A DNA stretch of 64,000 nt, taken from Octopus vulgaris. Its lineage: Eukaryota. Position 1 is the first letter of the stretch. Each line of letters starts with the position of its first letter. Below are positions 1 through 12,619 of the stretch, one piece after another. A program made the translations under genes and the position numbers. The notes under the pieces were generated by a model. That model saw only the letters and a list, made by a program, of their open reading frames with translations. It searched no databases and had not been told where the DNA came from. The DNA is taken from NCBI GenBank assembly GCA_951406725.2, contig OX597836.1:35588001-35652000 (forward strand), in the 5' to 3' direction.

Positions 1-65
1 GTTTTATATCGTAAAGTAATCTGAGTTGACTTCTTATCTCTATTTATTTGACCATGATTAGCGTA

Positions 66-454
66 GGCGTAGGAGTGGCTGTGTGGTAAGTAGATTGCTT
101 ACGAACCACGTGGTTCCGGGTTCAATCCTACTGCGTGGTACCTTGGACAAATGTCTTCTACTATAGCCTCGGGCCAACCAAAACCTTGTGAGTGAATTTG
201 GTAGACGGAAATTGAAAGAAGTCCGTCGTATATATGTATACACTTGTGTGTCTGTGTTTGTCCCACCAACATCGCTTGACAACCAATGCTGGTGTGTTTA
301 CGTCCCTGTAACTTAGCGGTTCGGCAAAAGAGACAGATAGAATAAGTACTAGGCTTACAAAGAATAAGTCCTGGGGTCGATTTGCTCGACTAAATGCGGT
401 GCTCCAGCATGGCCACAGTCATATGACTGAAACAAGTAAAAGATTAAAAGAGTA
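66..454 (+). mobile_element. SINE family A (tRNA-derived, CORE-like segment, internal (TA)n(TG)n), full length
   Basis: A-box-like TGGCTGTGTGGTAAG, B-box-like GGTTCAATCC, CORE-like ACCTTGGACAAATGTCTT, tail CCAGCATGGCCACAGTC...GAAACAAGTAAAAGA; more than 10 related copies in the window. Confidence 0.9.
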
Positions 455-679
455 TGGTACTTTTCAGTTAAAAATTTAGTAGACTGTCATGATCGATCCC
501 GCGTCAGGTAAAATGTCTAACCGTATTTCTTGCGGTAGTTTGCATTCTATGTTTCACTATCACCGAGTCCAACTTTTACCTCCGGAGTTGACAAAACTGC
601 TACACACGTCAGTTCCTTAGCCTCAAATCTGAGACGTCTTTGTGTCAATGCGAGTAATCAATACTTGTCAACTACAAAA

Positions 680-1087
680 TCTCTCTATATATAAACGGCA
701 AAATGTCTGTGTGTGTGTGTGTGTGTGTGCGTATCATATACTATAATCCTTTATACAAATCCTCAATTTTTCAGTTAGAGGGCTCGCATTTTATATGGTC
801 ATTCAGAACCGTCCAAGGGTGGTCGTGTACATCTTTATATTTCTCCAGTCACTCCGCAAATCTATTAAAAATCAATAGAAGTGACTTTTTTGTGAATTTT
901 CTAACCCAAACCCAATCAAAATGCCCGAAACTTGATACGTCAATTGACTGCCAGCTAGCTGCATGTGATTGGTCGGAGATTTGGACAGTACTCGCGTGTA
1001 TGTGCGCACGCACGCAGCTGTATATGCATGCACTAGCACTATGACCCGTGTATATAAATACACTATAGTGTATTTATATAATACTAG
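680..1087 (+). mobile_element. Putative non-autonomous Helitron-like element
   Basis: Starts TCTCTCTATATATAAACGGC followed by (TG)n; ends with a perfect 30-bp palindrome (1051-1080) then ATACTAG; the base after CTAG is C rather than the canonical T. Confidence 0.35.
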
Positions 1088-1237
1088 CAAAATGTATTTA
1101 CGTAATACGTTGAGTATTTAGTGTTTATGACATTTAATCTTTCTGGGCTAGATGAATTATATTGCCGATAATCTCTGGGATTTGGGAGACAAAAACTGTG
1201 GAATTTATTCCTGAATATATATATATATATATATATA

Positions 1238-1385
1238 CCGGAGTAAGCACATAAATGTGGGGGAAAAGAGTACTCAAATACCAGAGGTAGAGTAATATGC
1301 TTTATTGAAAAGCAGCAGAAATATAACAAAAGCTGTTACTTAGAGTTTCACGTACCCGTTCGTTGGACAGTTTTGTTAAAATGCA
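1238..1385 (-). mobile_element. Penelope-like terminal fragment with degenerate hammerhead motif, abutting (TA)n
   Basis: Same family as 62961-63186; minus strand 1333-1370 reads ctgt-CCAACGA-ACGGGTACGT-GAAA-CTCTAAGTA-acag. Confidence 0.65.
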
Positions 1386-1484
1386 ACAGAGATATCGTTA
1401 TTTCCGAACTTAAACAACATCATTTAATTTAATGGCGTATTACTAGGAGCATACCCAACACTTAGATATATAAATATTAATTTA

Positions 1485-1543
<59 letters not shown>

Positions 1544-1544
1544 A

Positions 1545-1588
<44 letters not shown>

Positions 1589-1611
1589 GTCTATCTATCT
1601 ATCTATCTATT

Positions 1612-1684
<73 letters not shown>

Positions 1685-1685
1685 C
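1485..1685. repeat. (TATC)n microsatellite
   Basis: About 200 bp of near-perfect ATCT units. Confidence 0.98.
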
Positions 1686-1705
1686 TCTATATATATATTT
1701 ATATA

Positions 1706-1939
1706 TACTCTTTACTCTTTTACTTGTTTCAGTCATTTGACTGCGGCCATGCTGGAGCACCGCCTTTAATCGAGCAACACGACCACGGGACTTATTCTTT
1801 GTATGCCAAGTACTTATTCTATCGGTCTTTTTTGCCGAACCGCTAGGTGACGGGAACATAAACACACCAGCATTGGTTGTCAAGCAATGCTTGGGGGACA
1901 AATACAGACACCCAAACATACACGCACACACACACACAT

Positions 1940-1971
<32 letters not shown>

Positions 1972-1972
1972 G

Positions 1973-2023
<51 letters not shown>

Positions 2024-2179
2024 GATGGGCTTCTTTCAGTTTCCGTCTACAAAATCCACTCACAAGTCTTTGGTCGGCCCGAGGCTATAGTAGAAGACAC
2101 TTGCCCGAGGTGCCACGCAGTGAGACTGAACGCGGAACCATGTGGTTGGTAAACAAGCTACTTACCACGCAGCCACTCC
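1706..2179 (-). mobile_element. SINE family A, full length with expanded internal microsatellite
   Basis: Reverse complement of 66-454 with a longer central (CA)n(TA)n. Confidence 0.92.
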
Positions 2180-2471
2180 AATATATATATATATAAACTT
2201 TTCATTTTGTAAGTCGTCCAAGTGTGCTCTGTACCAGTGTGAACTATGAACAATAACCAATCTCGTCAAATGCGATTCAGCTATCTGGCATCCTGAAAAA
2301 GACAAAGGATGGTCGTGTATTCCATATGTCGTCTCTACTCTTTGTTCTACACTCAAAATGCCATCAGGATTTCCTAAGGTAGAACCAGTGACAATTGTGT
2401 AATTAATGTGGATCATGCGAACAGATCCAACACAATTTATCTATATCTATATCCATATCTATCTCTCTATC

Positions 2472-2512
<41 letters not shown>

Positions 2513-2514
2513 AG

Positions 2515-2720
2515 GTAATCCAAACCAAATATCAAAACACAAAGAGAAAACACAACAACGCGAGGACGTGGAACAAGTATAGTGTTATTGGACGGTCAGG
2601 AAAGGAAGGAGAGAAGGAGGATTTAATGATTCGAGCGGAGCTCTTCGTCAGAAACATAGCAAAGATCCAAGGAAGGGAAGACAGAAGAAAAAATCGCTAA
2701 CGGTACACACGCGGTCACAT
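2515..2720 (-). mobile_element. ~210-bp hammerhead-bearing PLE-like element (family H1) between (TA)n/(TG)n tracts
   Basis: Collinear with 30797-31013 and 44071-44280; hammerhead at 2621-2655 has GAAA mutated to GAAT. Confidence 0.75.
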
Positions 2721-2745
2721 ATATGTATATGTATATGTATGTATG

Positions 2746-2787
<42 letters not shown>

Positions 2788-2794
2788 TATGTCG

Positions 2795-2995
2795 TATAGG
2801 TGTGTGTATGTTTGTGCGTCTGTGTCCCACTAATATCGCTTGATAACCGGTGCTGGTGTATTTACGACCCGTAACTTAGTGGTTCGGCAAAAGATTCCCA
2901 TAGAAGAAGTTCTGGGGTCGATTTGCTCGACTGAAGGCGATGTTCCAGCATGGTCGCAGTCTAATGACTGAAACAAGTAACATAATAAAACTATT
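2795..2995 (+). mobile_element. SINE family A, 3' half
   Basis: GCTGGTGTATTTACG...CTTAGTGGTTCGGCAAAA...CCAGCATGGTCGCAGTCTAATGACTGAAACAAGTAA. Confidence 0.8.
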
Positions 2996-2999
2996 AAAT

Positions 3000-3000
3000 A

Positions 3001-3070
<70 letters not shown>

Positions 3071-3090
3071 TAAATATATATATGTATATG

Positions 3091-3149
<59 letters not shown>

Positions 3150-3377
3150 TTAGGTATATATATATGGCTTGATTGACAATCGCAGATGATGATGGTGATG
3201 ATGATGATGATGAGGAGGAGGAGGAGCATTGTAATGATGGTGGTTGAAGTGATCGTGCTCTTGGTACCAGTTGCGATGGTGACAAGGATACAGAGTTCAT
3301 GTTTACGCCTTTACTAATGTAAATGGACAATGGAAGTAATTATGTACAAAAGAAAATGTCGAGGCTACGTACACACA

Positions 3378-3412
<35 letters not shown>

Positions 3413-3564
3413 GTACACAATATATAATATGCACACATACACTAACACATGTATATATTTATATATATATATATATATATATAGTTGGAGGGGTTCTGTT
3501 TGTGCATCAGATGTACGCACGTGTTCATATATCCTTATATATACATAAATACTCTTTCTCTGTT

Positions 3565-3619
<55 letters not shown>

Positions 3620-3770
3620 CACTCTTCCTTTCTACTTCGCAAACACATGCACACATGCAAATACATGCATATAAATGTTAACCTTACCACCACCACCACC
3701 ACCACCACCACCACCACCACCACCACCTTTCATATGAATATTATTATTATCATCATCATTATCATAATGT
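3000..3770. repeat. Compound microsatellite cluster (TC, TA, GAT, CA, TTTC, ACC, ATC)
   Basis: Directly visible simple repeats. Confidence 0.95.
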
Positions 3771-4509
3771 ATGTTAATTATTGTATTATTCAACCACCAG
3801 CTGCTGCAGAGGTTGTTGCTGTCTTTAGCAGTGTTTGTTGTGGTGTTTGGTTTTAAAGTTTTTGTTATAAACCAACATTAGAAGCAACTACGCTAACAGC
3901 AGTCGCCGAACCTACAGAATAAATGTATAGAGTATATATATGTCGTAGCCATTAATGGCTATTATGTTTAATTGCGAACAAAAGTCATAATTTTGTAATG
4001 CATCCACCGTCGTAATTTACCCGTATGCTCAATAGCTGATACAGTTCGCATGTCATTTTGCCGGCATTATTTCTGCTTCTTTACTTTTCTCACATATCGT
4101 AATTTATATATATAGTCATGTAACAGTAATGCATGCGGATACAGGCATATCCGTCTCTGCTGTATTTATTACAGATTCAGTTTGGATTTAAGATAAAATG
4201 CTTCATAAAATCTTTCGCAATGAAACGACTGTAAATAGCTTCGTTTAAGTTTCTCTCTCTCTCTCTCCCACTTTGTCACTGTCTTGTAGTCTCACTATCT
4301 CTTCCCTTTTCTCTCTGCCATATTTATAACTTTATAAATGCTTACACACACACTCACACAGATATACACACACACATATATATATATATGCATTAATATG
4401 CAAATGTAGATGAGTATGCATGTATATGTATGTATATAAGTATATAAGTATGTAAGTATGTATGTATGCATGGATGTATGTAAATATGTATGTATGCATG
4501 CATGTATGA

Positions 4510-4620
4510 ATGTCATTATTCAGTTTTATTTCAAGATTTCTTGCCAATAGAGAAAGAGCCGGTTTCTAACTTCGATCCAAGCTTCCTTCATAGGAATTTC
4601 AAAATCAACAACAGGGTATT
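4510..4620 (-). mobile_element. 3' terminus of an REL-type LINE (same family as 5195-5920) in (TATG)n
   Basis: Near-identical to 5200-5307 (TTGCCAATAGAGAAAGAGCCGGTTTCTAACTT...ACAACAGGGTAT). Confidence 0.7.
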
Positions 4621-4707
4621 TTTGTATGTATGTATGTATGTATGTATGTATGTATGTATGTATGTATGTATGTATGTATGTATGTATGTATGTATGTATG
4701 TATGTAT

Positions 4708-5040
4708 GTTAAGGCTTTTGATATGCAGGACACTGACTGGGAGAACAATGCCTGTCATCGCCACAGATGGAGGAAGCAGGTTAAGGAGTGGATCGACACT
4801 TTCCAGAGAGCACGTATCCAGTATGAAGAACTTAAGCGAGCTGCGCGAAAGCGCACGGCTCGTATAGTGAATGGGGAAAGCTTGGTCTGCAATGTTTGCA
4901 GTCGTGCATGCTTGTCAAGAGCAGGGCTCATTAGCCACCAACGGAGCCGCAAATGCAAAATATAAGTTAGTCCTAGAGCGCACAATGTTCCTGAAGGTCG
5001 GCAATGGTCTTCCTCGGTCACGAGTGGACGGCCATCATGT
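4708..5040 (+). mobile_element. RTE-clade LINE 3' fragment with C-terminal zinc finger, flanked by (TATG)n
   Basis: Translation DWENNACHRHRWRKQV...CNVCSRACLSRAGLISHQRS*, typical of RTE ORF C-termini; short 3' UTR then (GTAT)n. Confidence 0.8.
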
Positions 5041-5194
5041 ATGTATGTATGTATGTATGCATGTATGTATGTATGTATGTGTGAATGTATCTATGTATGT
5101 ATGTATGTATGTATGTGCAGATTTTTATGTTTCATGTATGCATTATCATGCATGTAGTTGCATATATAGACATGCTCATATATACTTAAATGTA

Positions 5195-5920
5195 TGTATG
5201 TCATTGTCCAGTTTTATTTCAAGATTACTTGCCAATAGAGAAAGAGCCGGTTTCTAACTTAGATCCAAGTGTCCTTCATTGGAATTTCAACATCGACAAC
5301 AGGGTATGTATATATATCTGTATATATGTATGTATACGTGCATATTTGTATGTTTTGCTTTATGTATTTAATCTCATGCATATACTTGCATATCTAGACA
5401 TGCTCATGTATACTTAAATGATAACTTTTGAAAAGTCTCACACATGTTTACAGTTCCAATGATAGATAGAGATCTGTAGTCTTCGACTCAACCTTTTTCC
5501 TTTCTGGTTTCAGAAGCCAAATTTCTCAAGATTGGTATTTAGGCAGTGCGTTACATATCCCAGTGCCTCAATAATTGCAGGTATAAATCAGAACTGAACT
5601 TGTAATCTGGATAGAGTAAATGCAAATTTCTCAGTTTTTCAGCTTATGTGTTCTCTATGTCACTGATCTTCAGCTTTATGTTAACATCCGATGGCAGCTA
5701 ATTTTCACAATTCTACACAATTTCTATATTCCATTACCAATCATAATATAAGCTACATTGTGTTTACATTTTATTGAGGTATTCACTGGGTCATTCCACC
5801 AACATTTCTTTTTATTAAGAGAGGCTATGGCTTCTACCTTACTGGATCTTCTTATTTCTTTGTCCTTAGGGTTATTCTTTCGACGGATCTCATTATACAT
5901 TTTCCTAGCTACAACATCAG
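5195..5920 (-). mobile_element. Decayed R4/Dong/NeSL-like LINE 3' part (restriction-like endonuclease) ending in (CATA)n
   Basis: Frameshifted minus-strand remnants PSDVNIKLKISD, LRNLHLLYPDYK, IPAIIEALGYVTHCLNTNLEKLG. Confidence 0.7.
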
Positions 5921-6210
5921 ATGAGTGACAACCTGGCCACTGGTGGTGGTGTTACCCACCATACTAATCATATCTGTCGGGCATGTGGAAGAGAGTGTAA
6001 TTCGGCAGGAGGACTTAAACGACATGCAAAGATACATGAAGCCCAGTTACAACTGCATCCGGCTATTACCGGTAAAGGTATTAGTTGCCAATTCCGTACA
6101 AGACATTGTAGATCTTTTAGCTGGGCTAAAAAGTCACATTCGATCACAGCACCAGTAACAGTTAAGCTTCGTGCAATGGCCATACTCGATAACGAGGGGG
6201 CAGCCATAAT
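5921..6210 (+). mobile_element. Second RTE-like 3' fragment with two C2H2-like fingers and (GTAT)n tail
   Basis: CRACGRECNSAGGLKRHAKIH and frameshifted LAGLKSHIRSQH; followed directly by (TATG)n. Confidence 0.7.
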
Positions 6211-6487
6211 GTATGTATGTATGTATGTATGTATGTATGTATGTATGTATGTATGTATGTATGTATGTCTCTTCTATATTTAATCTTTTAAATTCTTCCT
6301 CTGAAGAAAGAGCTGGTTTGTAACAAAGATTCAAAATTCCATTCTTGGAGTATAGATAACGAAAACAATTTAAAACATTTAAAAATGAGAAAGGCCTGGC
6401 ATAGTTTCACTGTTCCGCTTAGAATTTGTATTTGTCATGTGCGATTCATTGGCTGGTCTATCAATCAATCTATCTATCTATCTATAC

Positions 6488-6828
6488 CACTTTGAGCATG
6501 ATCCTGTAAATCGTAAAAGAGAGAGAGAGAGCACTTTGCTCTCATGTGTTTATTTTCTCCCTGCCTGAGGTTATCGTGGTCTTTTCTGTAGGCTTTTCTT
6601 TCCACGGATGAACCTAATATTGATTGTTACTTTAAAAAAAAAAATTTTTCCTTCTGTGATTCACGATCCCTTTTGATCGCTTTTTTTTCTTCCGACCCCT
6701 TTTGATCGAAATTTTACATTTGTTTCCTTTTTTTTCTTCTTCTTTTTCCTTTTCCATCTCCGAAAAGAAAAGCTCTACATTTGTAATTGTCCCCTCTGTG
6801 TCCAGCCTTATGTGGCCAATAAAGAAAG

Positions 6829-6830
<2 letters not shown>
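6488..6830 (+). mobile_element. Probable LINE 3' end (L1/Tx1-like) inserted in (TATC)n
   Basis: LSMIL* then T-rich UTR ending GTCCCCTCTGTGTCCAGCCTTATGTGGCCAATAAAGAAA; ATCT repeats on both sides. Confidence 0.45.
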
Positions 6831-6891
<61 letters not shown>

Positions 6892-6896
6892 CCTAC

Positions 6897-6961
<65 letters not shown>

Positions 6962-7589
6962 CATCTAAATATATGTGCGTAATATACATATTTTATATTT
7001 TCATACGTATATATATATTCGTAACTATCTCTATACACATTATCTTTATACCTTTATTGTAGATTCGTTCACAAATATTTCCATCGCAGTTTGGAAGAAG
7101 TTCACACAAGGAACAGGAAAATTGCTTTGAGACAAATGTATCGATCTGTTCATCTACATTGCTATGCATCGATAACAGGAGCGAAGGTGACTGAAAAAGA
7201 AAGAGACAGAAACACAGAGGTGGAGAAAATGATTGAATATTATTAGTTTTCTGTCATAATTTTTATTCAAAATGTAAATGGAAAAAGTCGTAACTGGATA
7301 GTGATATAAAAATGTTTTATTGATGCGGGAATAGATTACATTGCGTAAGAGATAAGTGATTTCAAATAATTATTACTTTTAAGAGTCATGTGCACTTACG
7401 GAAAGGGACATTACTCAATGATGTATGACATGACACGCTGATAGATTCTGATGGCATTCGACAACCACAAAATATCGTTGCAAACTGCTGATGTGTGTGT
7501 GTGTACGCTTGCGTGTCTGTATATACACACATACAGACACTTACATATATATATATATATAAATATATATATATTCATAAATACATACA

Positions 7590-7623
<34 letters not shown>

Positions 7624-7695
7624 TAAATACACACACACACGCACACATATATATATTATATATATATATTATATATAAATGCACATACATAAGTA

Positions 7696-7728
<33 letters not shown>

Positions 7729-7943
7729 TGTTATAATTGGGAATGGTCATATTTTGTCAACTAAACACACGGCCTATATATTTGTTTTCACCGCAGCTTT
7801 ATTATTATTATTTAATTTTCTTTTTGGCACAGAACATTCGTCACACATCTAGTGATCTCTTCAACGACTCTTTATCCTATGTATCTCTCCTCTTGTTCTG
7901 CCTATTCCATTTTGTCTTTCTCTTGCAAAACAAGTACATAAGC

Positions 7944-8001
<58 letters not shown>

Positions 8002-8542
8002 ATATAAATGCACATGTATATATATGTTGATATGATATAAAAGTCGATATGCATAACATATAATGTTATATGTATCTAGATTCTACTGAAGAAACAAGAG
8101 AAATTGAAAGGAAAAATAATTTACATTTCGAGCGTAAGCTCTTTTTCTAAAATAATTGAGGAGGAGAGAAAAATGGAGAAAGAGAAGAACACAAATCTAT
8201 ATAACAGGGACGGCATGCATAAGTGAAGGTCTTATTTGAAAAGGAGATCGCCGTAAATGTGATTGGCAACGAGGGTAACTCTGATTCTGGTATATGTGCA
8301 GGTAAATACACGCGTGTGTATATGTAGCTTATGGATGCTTATGTGTTCTGTGTGTTTTTGCGTGTGTTTATGTGTGTGTGCATGTGTGTGCATGAGGCTG
8401 TCTGGCATATGCCTGTGCGTGGTCGTATATGCGTATGAAGCTAATGAGTTCGTTTGTACTATGTATGCTTTTCTTTATGTACTATATGTGATTGTGCATA
8501 CTTATATGCATGTATGCGTTTGTGTGTGTGTGTGTATATGGC

Positions 8543-8585
<43 letters not shown>

Positions 8586-8594
8586 CATACATAC

Positions 8595-8905
8595 ATACAT
8601 ATTAGAGGGAAACCACTACGTGGACACCCTTTTGGTAGAAATAGATCCGTTGTTGCTTTTTCTTTTGTCTTGCTCGATTACGTTTTGGTTGTTTTGCTAA
8701 CTTTTTCTTGAGAACATTTCTTAGTAGTAAGACCATAGCGGATCTATTTCTAGTATAAGGGTGTCCACATAGTGGTTTCCCTCTAATATGTATATAATAC
8801 AATTTTACTGAACCTTCAGTTTTTTTTATATGGTAGACCACTTGTGGGAAATTGATGTTAATTAAATTAATATCTAAATTCTCACCCTCATTAAAATTTA
8901 ATTAT
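8595..8905. mobile_element. PLE-like terminal repeat in inverted arrangement (same family as 56435-56695)
   Basis: 8600-8650 is the reverse complement of ~8738-8790; collinear with the 56.4-56.7 kb copy; flanked by TA/TACA repeats. Confidence 0.65.
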
Positions 8906-9308
8906 ATACAATGTGCTATCGGAACACCAACACAAATTAGACTAAACAAGGAAACATTCTTCATTGAAAAATACAAGCCCAAAATTAACCATTCCAACAT
9001 ACTTTTACAGAGAAATTCACTCCAAAAGAAAGGAAAAAAAGTTTAAGCGATTATCTCCCTTACACCGGAAGAAATCACTTATTACCTCCCCTTATCTAGA
9101 ACTCTTCTCAACATAAACATAACGATAACTCTTCTCAACGTAAACATAACGACGTAAGAAATTTGAAAAGCTGAACGCGAAACCGGTCATTTCTTCTAAA
9201 CTATGTCATTGTAAGAAAAAAATTTATAACATTCTTCAGACATATTGACTCAAATATATATTTTTTAACCTTTTAAAACAAGCCTTCTGTAGTTTTTTCA
9301 CTTTTTAC

Positions 9309-9310
<2 letters not shown>
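8905..9310 (+). mobile_element. Penelope-like element 3' end: GIY-YIG C-terminus plus terminal repeat with decayed hammerhead
   Basis: IRLNKETFFIEKYKPKIN fits the E-x-x-x-I-x-x-x-x-P-x-(L/I)-N end of PLE GIY-YIG domains; hammerhead-like motif at 9156-9195; ends in (TA)n. Confidence 0.7.
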
Positions 9311-9339
<29 letters not shown>

Positions 9340-10150
9340 AGTGTGTATATATATATATATATATATATAAACCTAATCATTTGATTTAGGAAGAAACGAG
9401 ACAAAAGAAAATGAGCGACGTGGTGGTGTTGCCGGTGGTGGGAGTGAAGAATGTATCACATACACACAAATACTAACACACACAGAACAACGCAAGCACA
9501 CACATGATTACGTCATAATTGATTATGATGCAGGAATGGAATATGAAAATTTTTTCCACTCTTTTTTCATATCTTTGACACTTTCATGGATATTTTTCAA
9601 CGATAGTTCCGTCTTTGTTGACGGCTCGAGTATTTAGTTTGATTAGACTATCGTTGAAAAGAAAAGCATACGGATTCTACAAATCTTTAAAAGAATTCCA
9701 AATTCAAGACGTCGATGAAATAAGAACACGGACGGAAAGAGCCTAACGCATGAAAACCGTTACGAAAAGTGAAGCCTGAATTAATCTAATTGGTAATTGA
9801 CAGGAGAAACCATTTTGGTGTGTACTTAGATAGCTCTAACAATTCTAATATTGACAAACATCTTACACATCAGTTGTTAGAGGCCTGTGACTTAGAATCA
9901 GAGACATGAGGTTTATCACAGTATAAGAAAATGTTGGGGACACAAACCACTCCCAGTGCTGGTAAAAGCCATATCTCACTCCTATGGAACTATTTAGTTT
10001 AAACTGAGAGAAAGATAGATTTGAATAAGCCATATATTATTTTGAAGGTGTTGAGAAGATAACCATGCCTCTTCATCTATATGTCTGTCCCAATTATTAT
10101 AAACGTATCTGACAAAACTACCAAAATCTTTCTATGTGAATAGAAAGGTA

Positions 10151-10559
10151 GGATCTTTTCGGTTTGAACGGCAGTTTTTTCTAGCGGTGTCATATGAAAT
10201 TATCACCCATAATTATGACCCTAGTATCGATCTATTGCATTTCAATCTGTTTTAGGGTTTGGAGTGGGGGGAAGGGTATCTTTTTTTCTTCAGAAATGTA
10301 AATAAACCCAATCTGTTTCTTAAACGAGGGACATATTCATACGGTACAGAATGTTTTTACCTCAATAGACGTCAGTGATTGGTTGAAATTGCAGAAATTG
10401 AAGAAAAAAACAACAAATATCTTACAAACTATAGAATTTTCTCAATAAAGCCAAAAGAAAAAGATGTTTTATAAACACATTCTACCAGTATACGAACTTT
10501 AAAATTTTTTAGTTACCTAGAAATTATTTTAAAAACTGCTGTTCAAACCGAAAATATCC
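10151..10559 (+). mobile_element. Merlin-like MITE, copy 1
   Basis: ~29-bp TIR GGATCTTTTCGGTTTGAACGGCAGTTTTT; 8-bp TSD GAAAGGTA on both sides. Confidence 0.85.
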
Positions 10560-11451
10560 GAAAGGTAAAATAAAGGAGAGTTTTAAACGGCAAATGAAGG
10601 TTAGTGTGGCTAGATGAGGAAGGGATGAATCTGTATCGAAAAAAATGAATAGAAAATTTTTGTTAAAACCAACATATGATACAATAGAAATAACGCAGTA
10701 GAATAAAAAAACTAAGATAGAAAATATCACAGTATATGAAAAAAAAAAGAAACATCATTAAGAGAATACGTCAACTTTGTCTTTCCCCTTTGTCTCTCTT
10801 GGTTTCGGTTTTACGATTAAGTTAAAATATAAAAATGATTCATTTTTCATCGTTTTTTTTTTCTTTTTCAATCGTTCTTGTTTCAACTTTTATACATTTG
10901 TTTTTTGCTGTCTTAAATATTTATGTCTTCTTGTTTGTGTCTTTCACCTTCCAATTGTCCCCTTACCTTTCATCATTTTCTTTTGTCTCCAACGAACTGT
11001 TTTTATTCCACCATTTGTTTACACAGCCGTCGTATTTATATATTTAAATGCTAGACACATGTATATACATATGTGTGTGTATGTGTGTGGGCGTATGATG
11101 AAGATTGTCTGGTGTATGTTAGTGTTTCTATCCTTTTTATATAGCTGAAACCATGTAATTTATATAGGAAGAATATAAGTCCGTGGTCTGTAATTTTATA
11201 TTGTATGAATTTTATTATTTCGTGCTTAACACCTCTTCGTCAAGAAATATCCAGAGAAATTCTTTTGGGAGAAGACATTTGTGTTTTGTAGTTTATGTAT
11301 ATGAAGTCTGCATGTGGGACTCGCACCCACAACCACTGTAGAAATATGTGTACAGGAGACATAGGTTCGAATATCAGTCAGTATTCACTGTTTTTCTGTC
11401 CAAGGAGGTTTTTCAAGTCAATATTCACATGGCATTATTTATAGCTTTATG

Positions 11452-12168
11452 AAGGCGGCGGGTTGGCAGAATGGTTAGCACACCGGGAAAATTGCTTAGC
11501 GACGAGCTGGCAGAACCGTTAGCACGTCGGGCAAAATGCTTAGCAGTATTTCGTCTGCCGCTACGTATTGAGTTCAAATTCCGCCGAGGTCAACTTTGCC
11601 TTTCATCCTTTCGGGGTCGATTAAATAAGTACCAGTTACTGGAGTTGATATAATCGGCTTAATCCGTTTGTCTGTCCTTGTTTGTCCCCCCTGTGTTTAG
11701 CCCCTTGTAGGTAGTAAAGAAATAAGGCATTTTGTCCGTCCTTACGTTCTGAGTTTAGATTTCGCCGAGTTCGACTTTGTATTTCATCCTTTCCGGGTTG
11801 ATAAATTAAGTACCAGTGAAACACAGGGGTCGATCTAATTGACTAATCCCCTCTCACCAAATTCAGGCCTTGTGCCTTTAGTAAAAGAGACAATTAAATA
11901 AGTACCAGTTACTGGGGTCGATATAATCGGCTTAATCCGTTTGTCTGTCCTTGTTTGTCCTCCCTGTGTTTAGGCCCTTGTGGGTAGTAAAGAAATAGGC
12001 ATTTTGTCCGTCCTTACGTTCTGAGTTTAGATTTCGCCGAGTTCGACTTTGCATTTCATCCTTTCCGGGTCGATAAATTAAGTACCAGTGAAACACAGGG
12101 GTCGATCTAATTGACTAATCCCCTCTCACCAAATTCAGGCTCTGTGCCTTTAGTAAAAGAGGATTATT
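11452..12168 (+). mobile_element. SINE family B composite (doubled head, two tail types, internal ~280-bp duplication)
   Basis: GAGCTGGCAGAA head, GAGTTCAAATTCC B box, CCTTTCATCCTTTCGGGGTCGA central domain; block ~11620-11890 repeated at ~11895-12165. Confidence 0.85.
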
Positions 12169-12449
12169 TATGGTTTCATATTCTTCGTGCATTTCCATCA
12201 GCAAACTCATTAATTTCCACAGTAAAATTTTATTTATAGCTGCCATTATTAAGAACTTTAATATAATTTGCATAAATAGCGTATTCTTGGCAGCTAGTCC
12301 CATTAACAAGTACCTGAGAGATTGGTAGAATTAGCTCACACTGCTAATATATTCTATATAATCAAATATATAGGGTGATTACAAAAGTTATTATACAAAT
12401 AGGAAAATTTATTAAAATTGTAGCATAAACTGGATACTACAGTTCTATA

Positions 12450-12565
12450 TTTAAGCGATGAGGAATTATGTACATTATTTACATTATTTATATTTGACAA
12501 ATATTTGTCCTCCTCTTGTTTGTTGTTAACGCAATGTTTCGGCTGATATACCCACCAGCCTTCAT
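12450..12565 (-). mobile_element. PLE-like fragment with 5'-truncated hammerhead
   Basis: Minus strand ATGA-A-GGCTG-gtgggtatat-CAGCC-GAAACATT; the CTG of the core is missing. Confidence 0.5.
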
Positions 12566-12619
12566 ACTACATAATTAAAACGGGTCGGTGGTTTAAATTC
12601 ACATTAATGACTCAACACC

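Noticed and set aside
4630-6283. Host C2H2 zinc-finger gene (a family expanded in octopus)
   Set aside because: Fingers lack TGEKP linkers, follow RTE-type sequence and end in retroposon tails
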